From Bdellovibrionota bacterium (GTDB taxonomy: Bacteria > Bdellovibrionota_C > UBA2361): a stretch of 51,124 nucleotides of DNA. Where the stretch lies: the NCBI GenBank assembly GCA_044352465.1, contig JBILDU010000008.1:1-51124 (forward strand), in the 5' to 3' direction. Below the pieces are notes generated by a model that was not told where the DNA came from, did no database searches, and saw only the letters and a list, made by a program, of their open reading frames with translations. Of this stretch, positions 18,480-29,255 are shown piece after piece (positions within the stretch are counted from its first letter, which is position 1; each line of letters opens with the position of its first letter). The position numbers and the translations under genes were made by a program.

Positions 18480-19604
18480 CTACTGAACGACACCGCCCGC
18501 GCTCAAACTATCTTTTTGATGCGGTGGTGGATCGGTGTAAAGATTCGAGCGAGCATGGCGTCCCCCGACGGCGAAGCACGCGCCGTATATCGGCCCAATC
18601 GCAGCGGCATCTTTCAGCAATAACGCTGCGGGAATACTATCCAACCCCCCTGCCGAGAGAGGAAATGGCTCCGTCAGTCGCTCAATCCAGACAGCGCTCT
18701 CGATCGCTTGAAACTGACGGTGTCCCGCCGGCGTAAAGAGCTCAACCTCCGCGCGGATCGCCGCTCCTACTTTGTCAGGCTGCAACACCGGAACAAATTG
18801 GGGCGGGGAGACCGGTGAATAAGTGACGCCCACCGATGGATTTTGCGAGACCGTCTCATCGACTTGTTGGACTCCGCTCACGATATTCGGCGTGTGAACG
18901 ATGCGGGCGAGCGCTCTTGAGGGAATAATCCCACTCCGCATCCGCCCCTCAATCAAAGCTCGGGCAGAGAAGCGCCCGGCCTGGAGAGCGAACGGCTGCG
19001 CCAACGGTGATTCCACGACCTTCTTTTCTTTGCTCTTCGTGAGGATCTCCTCCGATTTTATCTGGGTGAGACAGAAGACGAGACCGAAGCCCTCATCTCC
19101 TTCGTTCATCGCCGGAGCGAAGACGGCGAGCTCACGCCCCTCTTCTAGTCTGAGGGCGATTCGCCGGACCGATGACGACGCCCGGGCAAAGCGCAGGCCA
19201 CCGAGGTACTCCCGACTGACCGGCTTCGCCGCACGGAGCCGTACCGCATCTTCTTCAACCAGGACCTCGATCTCCGTAGGAGGAGGGGGCGCGGTCTCTT
19301 TACTCGGCGCATCTTGTAACGGAACAAGGGTGAGACTAAACACCGCCACGGAGGTCTCACCGCTCACACTCGATCCCGACCAGACAAGACTCTTGCTCGG
19401 ATCAAGGACCACCCTTTTATCGAGGTGGGGCAACGTAAAAACACTACCTTGGCGCAAAGCTGTGACAAGCTCGGTTCGGGTTGCCGCGGGAAACTCCGGC
19501 TCAGCCAGAACTGTTGGCGTGGGCGGCGTGGCATCTTGAGCCACTACGGAGCTCGAAACTACGAGACCACACACAACGCCACCAACCCAACCGACTACTC
19601 TCAT
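18480..19604 (-). CDS. Hypothetical exported protein coupled to rodA
   Basis: Signal-peptide-like N-terminus (VVA|QD); ATGA overlap with the rodA stop. Confidence 0.65.
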   Translation of the reverse strand: MRVVGWVGGVVCGLVVSSSVVAQDATPPTPTVLAEPEFPAATRTELVTALRQGSVFTLPHLDKRVVLDPSKSLVWSGSSVSGETSVAVFSLTLVPLQDAPSKETAPPPPTEIEVLVEEDAVRLRAAKPVSREYLGGLRFARASSSVRRIALRLEEGRELAVFAPAMNEGDEGFGLVFCLTQIKSEEILTKSKEKKVVESPLAQPFALQAGRFSARALIEGRMRSGIIPSRALARIVHTPNIVSGVQQVDETVSQNPSVGVTYSPVSPPQFVPVLQPDKVGAAIRAEVELFTPAGHRQFQAIESAVWIERLTEPFPLSAGGLDSIPAALLLKDAAAIGPIYGACFAVGGRHARSNLYTDPPPHQKDSLSAGGVVQ

Positions 19605-20755
19605 ACGATTCCTCGCGGAGAAAAGAGGTACCGCCGCATACTCACCCCCAGAGCGATCCCGAGACCAACCATCGCCGAGACCATCGCCGAACCTCCATGA
19701 CTCAAGAGAGGTAGCGGAATTCCGACGACGGGGAGAAGTCCGATGACCATACCGACGTTGATAATGGTATGAAAAAACAGCACCGCCGTCACCCCCACGG
19801 TTATGATGCCTCCATACAGATCCTTACTACGGGAGACAACCCGCAGGAGCCGGTAGATCAGTAACACATACAGGAGCAAGACGACGAGGCACCCGAGAAA
19901 GCCCCACTCCTCAGCGACGACCGAGAAAACGAAATCGGTGGTGTGCTCAGGGAGGAACTCAAGTTGGGTCTGTGATCCTTGAAAATATCCCTTACCGAAG
20001 AGCCCCCCAGATCCGACCGCGATCTTCGATTGAATAATGTGATACCCACTCCCCCGCGGATCGGCATCAGGATTAAACAACGTCAGCACCCTCCGCTGCT
20101 GATACGGGTGCAGGGCGTGCCACGCTGGATACGCGACGGTGAGGAGGAGAAGGATACTCACCAGCAGGATCCGGGGGCGTACTCCCATAAAGAGAATCAT
20201 CGCGCCACCAACGATACCAACTGAAAGGGCGCTGCCAAGATCGGGCTGATCGATGATGAGCGCCATCGGCACCCCGACCATCAAGATGGGAGTGAGCAAC
20301 TGACGAAATGTATACCCCCCGGGTAGTGGCGGATTACGAGCGAGATAGCGACCTAGCGCCAGAATCAACCCAAGTTTCATCGGCTCGGCCGGTTGAAGAT
20401 TGAATCCCCCGAGCGATAACCATCGGCGTGACCCATTGACGACCACACCGAAGAGCAGCACCGCGATGAGGAGGAAGATGCAGACCCCATAGAAAACGTA
20501 GGCGTACCGATGCAACACCTGCGACGGGATGGCAAGCGAGACGAGCAGCACCACGAATCCGACCCCCAAGAAGAAAAGCTGCCGACCGAATGCGTGACTC
20601 TGCATCTCGATGGGGAGCCACGGGAATAAGCGGTAATGAGTATCGGGATCGTATCCGGCGCTGTACAGATTCATGAGCCCGAAAGCCGCTATGACGACAA
20701 CAGTCAAGAAGAGGCCCCAATCAAATTGGGCGATGGTACGGCGATCAATCTGCAT
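19601..20755 (-). CDS. rodA: Rod shape-determining SEDS protein RodA
   Basis: GSRRW, LQPAEPMK, QPDLG, GYHIIQSKIAVGSGG, FLPEHTTDFVF, GIPLPLLSHGGS; follows PBP2. Confidence 0.97.
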   Translation of the reverse strand: MQIDRRTIAQFDWGLFLTVVVIAAFGLMNLYSAGYDPDTHYRLFPWLPIEMQSHAFGRQLFFLGVGFVVLLVSLAIPSQVLHRYAYVFYGVCIFLLIAVLLFGVVVNGSRRWLSLGGFNLQPAEPMKLGLILALGRYLARNPPLPGGYTFRQLLTPILMVGVPMALIIDQPDLGSALSVGIVGGAMILFMGVRPRILLVSILLLLTVAYPAWHALHPYQQRRVLTLFNPDADPRGSGYHIIQSKIAVGSGGLFGKGYFQGSQTQLEFLPEHTTDFVFSVVAEEWGFLGCLVVLLLYVLLIYRLLRVVSRSKDLYGGIITVGVTAVLFFHTIINVGMVIGLLPVVGIPLPLLSHGGSAMVSAMVGLGIALGVSMRRYLFSPRGIV

Positions 20756-22601
20756 TTTCGCCCTCCGTCGGCGTGGGATCGGTGGTCACGGTTGCGGGGC
20801 CCGGGGCACCACGACGAAAAAATGCATCCATGACTGCCCGAACCACCGGTGCAGCGGCGGCACCACCGCCACCGCCGTTTTCAACCAGTGCAGCGACAAC
20901 GATCTGAGGGTCCTCTGCCGGTGCGAAGCCGACGAACCAGGCGTGATCTTGGAGATGAGCATGCCCCTTAGATTTTTCGAGGGAAACGACCTGGGCCGTA
21001 CCGGTCTTCCCCCCCACGGCGATGTTAAGATCATTCCCCAGGCGAGCTCGATGCCCGGTGCCGCGCGGATCGGCTACGACCCCCACCAGCGCATCGGTCA
21101 CCAGCTTACGAACTTTGGCGTCGACATTCATCGGTCGGCGCGCCTCCGCGGCTCCCGCTGTCGCCTCACGGTGGACCAGGCGCGGAGTCACCAAGAAGCC
21201 TCCGTTCACGAGCGCTGCGGTCGCATACGCCAGCTGTAGTGGTGTCGTCGTTACCGCCCCCTGACCGATCGCGACCGAAAGGGTCTCTCCGGGGAACCAT
21301 TTTTTGTTCGCCGGATTCTTAAAATAGGCGCGTTTCCATTCGGTCGAGGGAATAATCCCCCGCGCTTCCGTAATCAATTCAAGGCCCGTTGGTCGCCCCA
21401 GACCGAAGCGGAGCGCGTAATCATGAATCCGGTCCACCCCCAACCGTTGGCCGACGACGTAGTAATAGACATCGCACGACTGTACGAGTGAATCGTAGAG
21501 ATCGACCGCACCGTGCCCCGCATGCTTGTGGCACTTAAACGGACGTCCTCCAAAATTATAATATCCGGGGCAAAATATACGCTCCGTGGGATCGATGACC
21601 CGTTCCTGCAGTGCTGCCGCAGCCACCACCATCTTAAAAACTGAGCCGGGAGCAAAGGTGCCCTGAACCGCTCGATTCGTCATGCGCCGAGCCCGACCGG
21701 TGGTAAGCTCACGCCACGCCCCCGGATCAAGCTCAGAGGTAAAGAGATTCGGGTCGAACGCCGGTGCCGAGCTCAAGGCCAGCACCTCTCCGGTTTTCGG
21801 ACTGAGCGCGACCACCGCGCCAGCTTTTCCACGTAGCGCATCATCGGCCGCCCGTTGCGTGGGGAGATCGAGGGTCAACCGCACATCGTGCCCTGCGACC
21901 GCCGGCTCAAAGGAGGCGCCACCGATCCGACCACCGGTGGCGTTCACCACCACAAACTCGACCCCCCGTTTTCCCTGCAATTCCGGTTCAAGGGTTGATT
22001 CAACACCAAACTGCCCGATGACGTCACCCCGTCGATAATTCAAGTAGCGCTCACTGGCGAGTTGTTGCTGCGAGATCTCTCGGATATAGCCGAGCACATG
22101 GGCGGCGCTGTCGCCGTGCGGATAATCTCGCGTGGGAGTGACATTGACGACGATCCCCGGGAGCTCGTAGCGGTGAGCCATCACCCGTGCGACCCGTTCT
22201 CGATCAACATCTTTTAAGATTATCTTCGGCTCATATCGCCGACGCGCCCCTTCGGTACGCAGCCGCGCCTTGAGAGCATCCGGAGATTCCCCGACGAGCT
22301 CGGCCACCCGAGTCAGCACCGCCGCGGGATCGGGGCAGTCCTCAAGGACGAGCTCGATATTAAAAGCGGGACGATTTTTGACCAGCACGGCGCCGTTCCG
22401 ATCGAGGATTGCCCCTCGCGGCGGCGGAACAAACACCGCGCGCAAACGGTTATTCTCCGAACGCTCCCGATAGTGGGCGCCTCGAACAACCTGGAGATAC
22501 CATAAGGTAGCGACGATCAAGAGAAACGCGGTGCAGACGAGGGCAAACGCCACGCGCACCCGAAGATTGATATTCAATCCCCCTCTTTCAGCGCTCGGCA
22601 T
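20745..22601 (-). CDS. mrdA: Penicillin-binding protein 2
   Basis: PPPRGAILDRNG, PGSVFK (SxxK), QSCD, GKTGTAQ, DHAWF. Confidence 0.96.
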   Translation of the reverse strand: MPSAERGGLNINLRVRVAFALVCTAFLLIVATLWYLQVVRGAHYRERSENNRLRAVFVPPPRGAILDRNGAVLVKNRPAFNIELVLEDCPDPAAVLTRVAELVGESPDALKARLRTEGARRRYEPKIILKDVDRERVARVMAHRYELPGIVVNVTPTRDYPHGDSAAHVLGYIREISQQQLASERYLNYRRGDVIGQFGVESTLEPELQGKRGVEFVVVNATGGRIGGASFEPAVAGHDVRLTLDLPTQRAADDALRGKAGAVVALSPKTGEVLALSSAPAFDPNLFTSELDPGAWRELTTGRARRMTNRAVQGTFAPGSVFKMVVAAAALQERVIDPTERIFCPGYYNFGGRPFKCHKHAGHGAVDLYDSLVQSCDVYYYVVGQRLGVDRIHDYALRFGLGRPTGLELITEARGIIPSTEWKRAYFKNPANKKWFPGETLSVAIGQGAVTTTPLQLAYATAALVNGGFLVTPRLVHREATAGAAEARRPMNVDAKVRKLVTDALVGVVADPRGTGHRARLGNDLNIAVGGKTGTAQVVSLEKSKGHAHLQDHAWFVGFAPAEDPQIVVAALVENGGGGGAAAAPVVRAVMDAFFRRGAPGPATVTTDPTPTEGENAD

Positions 22602-22676
22602 AGCTCCTCAATCCCTTACCGTCCCGAGATACCGTTCCCTCAGGACAAAAAAACTCTCGGTATAACCTACCCGCAA

Positions 22677-23204
22677 TCATACGGCGGTCGACCGCAAACG
22701 ACCAGCCGACCCAGTCCGCGGCCGCGGAGCGAGGAGGGTACGGAGAAAAACGAAGAGAAACGGGGCCAGAAACCCATTGAGGAGCGCCTCCAAAAGAGAG
22801 AACGGCACCATCACCGTCACCGCTGGATGGAATTCATACACGAGGGTGAAATAAACGAGGTTGCTCACGATCGAACTAACGAGGGCTGCGATCATCACCG
22901 CGAGTGAAGACTCAACGAAGAGACGTTGCGACAAGGAAGCCAAGATGCCGAACGAAACGACGAACGCGCCCGCCCACGGCCCTACCAAAAGCCCATTCGC
23001 AAAATCAAGTTCCAAACCGAGAAGGAAAGCGAGGGTCGCGCCACGAAAAGACGCCTCAAAAAAACCAAGGAATACCACCAGTATCACTAAAAGATTGGGT
23101 ACTACCCAACTCGGACCGATCTCACGCAGCACCGTTCCTTGGATAAAAATGGCGATAAGTCCGAGAATAAGCACGAGTACCGAACGCCGATTGTCGAGCA
23201 TCAC
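22677..23204 (-). CDS. mreD: Rod shape-determining protein MreD
   Basis: Polytopic membrane protein with PNL and LGL.LD motifs, between mreC and mrdA. Confidence 0.88.
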   Translation of the reverse strand: MMLDNRRSVLVLILGLIAIFIQGTVLREIGPSWVVPNLLVILVVFLGFFEASFRGATLAFLLGLELDFANGLLVGPWAGAFVVSFGILASLSQRLFVESSLAVMIAALVSSIVSNLVYFTLVYEFHPAVTVMVPFSLLEALLNGFLAPFLFVFLRTLLAPRPRTGSAGRLRSTAV

Positions 23205-24049
23205 TTTTGCACCTCCCGCTTGAGTGCGCGCACAGGAGCTGGTGTCGTCACGACAAAAACATCCTCGATTGAGGAAAGCTCCACTGCGGGACGAATTGAG
23301 ATGGACCGGAAAAGCCCCCCATCCTCCCCGATCTCGGTGACCACCCCGAGCAGGAGACCTTTCGGATAGATACCATCGAGGCCCGAAGTGATTACCCGAT
23401 CCCCGATATTAACGGCGGCATCGCGGAGCACGAAACGCCAACGACACACCTCCTTGCCAGTCCCCTCGACGACCCCTTGAGCCCGACTGCCTTGAACGAT
23501 CGCATCGATTCCACTTGAATGATCGGTCATGAGGAGCACTATTGCAGTTGACGGACTTGCGCTCACGACATGGCCCACGACGCCATCGCCCACAAGCACC
23601 GGCATGCCACGGGAGATACCGTCTGAGGTCCCTCGATTTAAAGTGACCGTCTGCACCCAGTTAGTTGCGTCACGTCCCACAACCTGCGCGATAGCCCCTT
23701 TGAGCCGTGTCCGTTCGCCGACCCCAAGGAGTTCGCGCAACCGCTGATTCTCGCTCTCAATCTCGAGGAGCCGGGAGTTGGCCGCTTCGAGCGTCTGAAC
23801 CCGCTGCGTTAACTCCTGATTGGCTGCTTTGACCCCCACGAGTTCGAGGTAACTCGAATAGATACTTTTTACGGAGTTGCTCACGCCGCTTGTGACGGTG
23901 CGAAAAGGGCGCAGCCCCTCGCTCACGAGCGCTGCGCCATCAGAGACGACCTCTGGATTTCTGGCGCTATACGCCGAAAGCGCTAAGGCGCAAAGGAAGT
24001 AAAACAACGCGCCTCCCGCCACTTTCGCTCGCGAATCCAAGACGAGCAT
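23201..24049 (-). CDS. mreC: Rod shape-determining protein MreC
   Basis: TM segment plus coiled coil ENQRLRELL; NRGTSDG; GDRVITSGLDGIYPKGL. Confidence 0.95.
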   Translation of the reverse strand: MLVLDSRAKVAGGALFYFLCALALSAYSARNPEVVSDGAALVSEGLRPFRTVTSGVSNSVKSIYSSYLELVGVKAANQELTQRVQTLEAANSRLLEIESENQRLRELLGVGERTRLKGAIAQVVGRDATNWVQTVTLNRGTSDGISRGMPVLVGDGVVGHVVSASPSTAIVLLMTDHSSGIDAIVQGSRAQGVVEGTGKEVCRWRFVLRDAAVNIGDRVITSGLDGIYPKGLLLGVVTEIGEDGGLFRSISIRPAVELSSIEDVFVVTTPAPVRALKREVQK

Positions 24050-24103
24050 GCGCCCCTTACTTCGAAACCAGAACCGCTCGCATCATCCGCGAGCGCTACC
24101 ACA

Positions 24104-25195
<1,092 letters not shown>

Positions 25196-25399
25196 TCACA
25201 AGCACACCGCGCAGCTTTATCCGATGACTACCCACCGCCACACCGAAGAGGCTCTCAATAGTCGCGAATTTTTAGCGCGGAGACGCTACCACGAGATGGG
25301 CGTCGGAATCGCTAAAAATTATCACGCCCTCTCGAAAAAGCGCAACTCTTACTTTAACTTACTTGAAGAAAGATGCTCGAATCAGAGCCAGGGTTCGGC

Positions 25400-25774
25400 T
25401 TACGCCACCGCCTGAAGCGGATCGGACTGAGGCGCAGCTACCTGAAGCTGCACACGAACCCGCTCGGGAAACGCTGCAACGGCCTGCTCGTCCGCCTGAA
25501 TTTTGAGCTCGCGGATCCGCCCGAGCATAAAAGCGATCTGATCGTCTTGGGACAGCCCCCGGTCGACAAAAATAAACCGTTGGGGTGTGGCGTTTTGGTC
25601 GAAGGCCCGGCACATTCCGCTCACCACTTTCCACCCTGGACCGCGCTTCAACTTTTCGCGCCGAACGGCGTAGCCAGCGGCAGACAGAAGAGAGGACAAC
25701 CCCCTAAGAACGCTCTCTTTTTCAGGATCGCGCGAGACCGATTTAGATTTTTTAAGCGAGCGACTTCCGACCAT
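25400..25774 (-). CDS. Hypothetical protein
   Basis: Globular-looking ORF upstream of mreB (VRREKL.RGPGW...SGMCR...FVDRGL). Confidence 0.7.
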   Translation of the reverse strand: MVGSRSLKKSKSVSRDPEKESVLRGLSSLLSAAGYAVRREKLKRGPGWKVVSGMCRAFDQNATPQRFIFVDRGLSQDDQIAFMLGRIRELKIQADEQAVAAFPERVRVQLQVAAPQSDPLQAVA

Positions 25775-26053
25775 ACAAAAACCCCAGGCGGTTGGCTTGT
25801 TTTTAACTGTGTTTTTGATACTATACGCGGCCGCCCCGGGGTGTAAATACCGAGATTCGTTCGGTTCAAAACCTAATTAGCGGCGCTCGCTTGGCTTGCA
25901 AAAGCTTTGCTGGCGAAAACAGGCGACAGGCGCAGCGCTGGATACGCAGCTTGAAAAAAACGCTGCAAGCGATAACCGGTGGGGCTGCAAAGACGCCGAT
26001 TTTTAAGACTGATTTTTAAGATTCGTTAAGGATCTTTTTTTAAGGACCACGTC

Positions 26054-26503
26054 ATGTCATCCGAGAACGAGACCGCCACCCAGACCGCCGCGCCCCTTCC
26101 GACCGCCACGAACGGTGCGGCGATCGTGGCCGCGATCGAGCAATCGATCCTTCGCTCCGACATCCCGGATTTCCGGGCTGGCGACACCGTTAAGGTGCAC
26201 GCGAAGATCGTTGAAGGCTCAAAGGAGCGTATCCAGATATTTGAAGGGCTCGTGATTCGTCGCCAAAAGGGCAACACCCCGCGCGCGACCTTCACCGTCC
26301 GAAAACTCTCTTACAACATCGGCGTCGAGAGAACGTTCTTGCTCCACAGCCCCCGCATCGACAAGATCGAGCTGGTGAGCCGGGGTGAGGTGCGTCGCGC
26401 TCGGTTGTTCTACCTCCGCGACCTCCGCGGCAAATCCGCCCGCATCCGTAGCGAATTGGTCGAGGCGAGCGCGGCCCCAGCAGTAGCTGCTGCTGCTGAG
26501 TAG
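26054..26503 (+). CDS. rplS: 50S ribosomal protein L19
   Basis: [58 protein letters not shown]. Confidence 0.98.
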   Translation: MSSENETATQTAAPLPTATNGAAIVAAIEQSILRSDIPDFRAGDTVKVHAKIVEGSKERIQIFEGLVIRRQKGNTPRATFTVRKLSYNIGVERTFLLHSPRIDKIELVSRGEVRRARLFYLRDLRGKSARIRSELVEASAAPAVAAAAE

Positions 26504-26551
26504 CATAAGCTGGCGGGGATCTGAGAAGGTCCCCGGCCTAAAAAGACCACG

Positions 26552-26579
26552 AAAAAGCCCCTTCAAAGGGGCTTTTTTT
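26552..26579. terminator. Bidirectional intrinsic terminator
   Basis: AAAAAGCCCCTT-CA-AAGGGGCTTTTTTT between convergent rplS and bactofilin genes. Confidence 0.85.
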
Positions 26580-26693
26580 ATTTCTCAACTTTTTTATTTC
26601 GCAACTCCGCAGAGTCAATTTTTACCGAGCTCTACAGGAGGGAGGCACCCGAGAAAAGCTTCCGAAGGTTAAGGGCGGAGGACTCTCCCCGTC

Positions 26694-27374
26694 CTATGAT
26701 TTCGCTCCCGGCACGCTACGCTGACTCGTCGAGCTCGTCGCGCCCTTCTCCTCAGCTTTGAACACAGGACTCCCCGCGCCACCCCCGCTAGGGGCTACGC
26801 CCTTGACGCTCTCTTTGGAAACTTCCACGGAGATACCCGAGCCACCCGTTGGAAGCTTCTCAGCTATCCGCCCCATGGAACAACGACCGTTAAACAAGCC
26901 CCCCTCCTCCATGGTGAAGATCGGCGCAGCAAAATCAGCCTCCAATCGCCCCCCTTGGAGAACCTCGATCCGGTCGTGGGCCACGACCTTTCCCCTCACG
27001 AGGCCGAGTACGATAAGACTCGCCACCTCAATATCACCTTCAACGGAGCCCCCCGCCCCCACGATAATCGCTTGGGAGGAGTAAATCTCACCGGAAAGCT
27101 TTCCATCGATGCGAACCGGGGTATCAAAACTCAACTTGCCTTGAATAACCGTTCCGGGTCCAAGAGCGGAGCGCAACTTCCCAAATCGGTCGAAACCGAC
27201 CTCAGCAGAGGGAGCAACACCGCCCTGCATCGCTGCCCCGGCTACCCGCGAGGCGAAGCTGTCCCCAGTCAAAGGCGAGGACACGGGCTGATTGCCGAGC
27301 GCTTTGGGCTCGGTCTCGAACGGTGCATTGGGCTTTTGAGACAACTCTTCAGCTTTTTTCTTAAAAAAGGACAC
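26694..27374 (-). CDS. Bactofilin (polymer-forming cytoskeletal protein)
   Basis: LGPGTVIQGKLSF...VRIDGKLSGEI...VEGDI...G.V.GKV...GRLEAD.....MEEGGLFNGRCSM; disordered flanks. Confidence 0.9.
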   Translation of the reverse strand: MSFFKKKAEELSQKPNAPFETEPKALGNQPVSSPLTGDSFASRVAGAAMQGGVAPSAEVGFDRFGKLRSALGPGTVIQGKLSFDTPVRIDGKLSGEIYSSQAIIVGAGGSVEGDIEVASLIVLGLVRGKVVAHDRIEVLQGGRLEADFAAPIFTMEEGGLFNGRCSMGRIAEKLPTGGSGISVEVSKESVKGVAPSGGGAGSPVFKAEEKGATSSTSQRSVPGAKS

Positions 27375-27751
27375 CCCGATACCCCTCCGTCAGCAGACAC
27401 CTAAACTTACTTCACGGCGTCGGCATCATAGCGATGCACGACGAATTAATCCACCGCAAACGCCGCCCTCCTGGGAAGACAACGAGGAAGCCCGGTAGGG
27501 CTCATGAGCTCCACAGACGGCGTCTCGCTCAACGTATGCCCGAGGCAAAGGCCCCCAGGCTCACTCGGCCCAAGCAGAACGAGAGGGGCGCACGCCGGTG
27601 CGGCGGTAAAACTATGAATAACCGGTTGTTAAGGGAGCTTACGGCTGTTAAATTATAAGGTAGACAAGGTGTTTTTGACCTCCGTTACAGCCTCTTACAA
27701 AAAGCACCCCTTTCGGTTTGTCGGTATCGGTTTAAGCGGCATCTTAAGAAC

Positions 27752-29191
27752 ATGGTTCCCGCCTCCTCGAATCACAACCGCTCACCTCGCTCCGCGGCAG
27801 CTCCCGGCTCCCGGGCCGAATTGCTGCCCGCTGGGCTCCGGCGATACCTTGCTCGAATCGCTGTCGTCGGATTTTTTGTTAGCACGGTAGCCGTCCCTAC
27901 CGCTTTTTTCCCAGGCGACGGGAGCGCCGCATCGCCGGATCGGCTGGTGCCGGCGGGGGACCGGAACTCCGGCCGGGTCAATCTCGCTCCCCACCGACTC
28001 CCTCAAAATCGCGCCGGGGAGGCTGGAGACCCCGACCTTCTCGAGTCGCCCCAAGGGGAGAGTGCCCCCACGGTAAGTCGGACCTATCCCGCCCCCAAAC
28101 TCGAGCCGGTGAATCTGGCCTTTCGGTCAAACGGAACCGTCCAAGTCGACAAGATGCCGGAGTTCTCAACGACCTTCGCAGGGAAGGTCGCAGGGATCTC
28201 CCCGCGGAACGACTTTGTCTTTTATTCGCTCGACCCAGACTTACAAAAATTCACCCAGGAACTACTCCGCAAGTCACGCGCCCCCCACGTGGCGGTCGTC
28301 GCGATGGAGCCGGATACCGGTAAGATCTTAGCGATAGCTGAGAAGTCGAATTCGATTGGAGATCTCTCTCTTCACACCGGATTTCCGGCCGCCTCGATCT
28401 TCAAGATTGTGACCGCCGCCGCCGCTCTGGAGGAAGGGAGCGTAGCCCCCGGTTCACAGATTCGCTTTCGCGGGGGCAATTACACCCTCAATCAGTGGAA
28501 CTACAATCCGATCCCTAAAAAAGATAGCCGATCGATGTCGCTGTATGAGGCGTTGGCGAAGTCCTGCAACCCGGTGTTTGGTCGGGTAGCTCTAAAGTAC
28601 CTCAGTCCCGATGTCCTACGCCAATATGCCGGATACTTCGGCTTTAACACGCCACTTGGGTTTGACTTCCCGCTGCCCCGAAGCGCCGCGGTCATCCCCG
28701 AATCCGACTACGAACTCAGCCGTACCGCCGCAGGTTTTGGCGACGTGAAGCTGAGCCCGATTCATGCGGCGACATTGATGGCGGGCGTTGCGAACGAGGG
28801 TATCCTGCCGCGCCCCTCGCTTATTGAGCGGGTGGTATCGCGGGATGGTGCCGTGATGTACCAGTCGCGCCCCTCATTCATTCAGCGACTCGTTCGTCCC
28901 GAAACCGCCGACTCACTCATGCGGATGATGGAATATACCACGACGATCGGGACGTCCCGCCGCGAGTTCATGAAGAAAAACCGCCCCGTTCTCCCCGGGA
29001 TACGGGTCGCGGCGAAAACCGGCACGTTGAGCGGAAAGAACCCCGTTGGGGTGAACAACTGGTTCGTTGCCGCGGCCCCGATCGAAAATCCCCGGATAGC
29101 GCTCTCCGTGATCGTCGTCAATCCGCAAGGGATCGACACCAAGGCGTCACACCTTGGCCGCCTGATTATCCAAAAGTATCTCGGTCGTTAA
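27752..29191 (+). CDS. Penicillin-binding protein, transpeptidase domain (start approximate)
   Basis: TM segment; AASIFK (SxxK), KSCN (SxN), AKTGT (KTG); no transglycosylase or full pedestal domain evident. Confidence 0.85.
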   Translation: MVPASSNHNRSPRSAAAPGSRAELLPAGLRRYLARIAVVGFFVSTVAVPTAFFPGDGSAASPDRLVPAGDRNSGRVNLAPHRLPQNRAGEAGDPDLLESPQGESAPTVSRTYPAPKLEPVNLAFRSNGTVQVDKMPEFSTTFAGKVAGISPRNDFVFYSLDPDLQKFTQELLRKSRAPHVAVVAMEPDTGKILAIAEKSNSIGDLSLHTGFPAASIFKIVTAAAALEEGSVAPGSQIRFRGGNYTLNQWNYNPIPKKDSRSMSLYEALAKSCNPVFGRVALKYLSPDVLRQYAGYFGFNTPLGFDFPLPRSAAVIPESDYELSRTAAGFGDVKLSPIHAATLMAGVANEGILPRPSLIERVVSRDGAVMYQSRPSFIQRLVRPETADSLMRMMEYTTTIGTSRREFMKKNRPVLPGIRVAAKTGTLSGKNPVGVNNWFVAAAPIENPRIALSVIVVNPQGIDTKASHLGRLIIQKYLGR

Positions 29192-29255
29192 CGCGGCCGC
29201 CCCTGCCGAATCTGCAGGTTGTGACGCGGCGCGCGACAGAAAGTTCTCGACTTGC

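Noticed and set aside
18901..19539. 212-aa plus-strand ORF
   Set aside because: Ser/Arg-rich antisense shadow of 18480..19604
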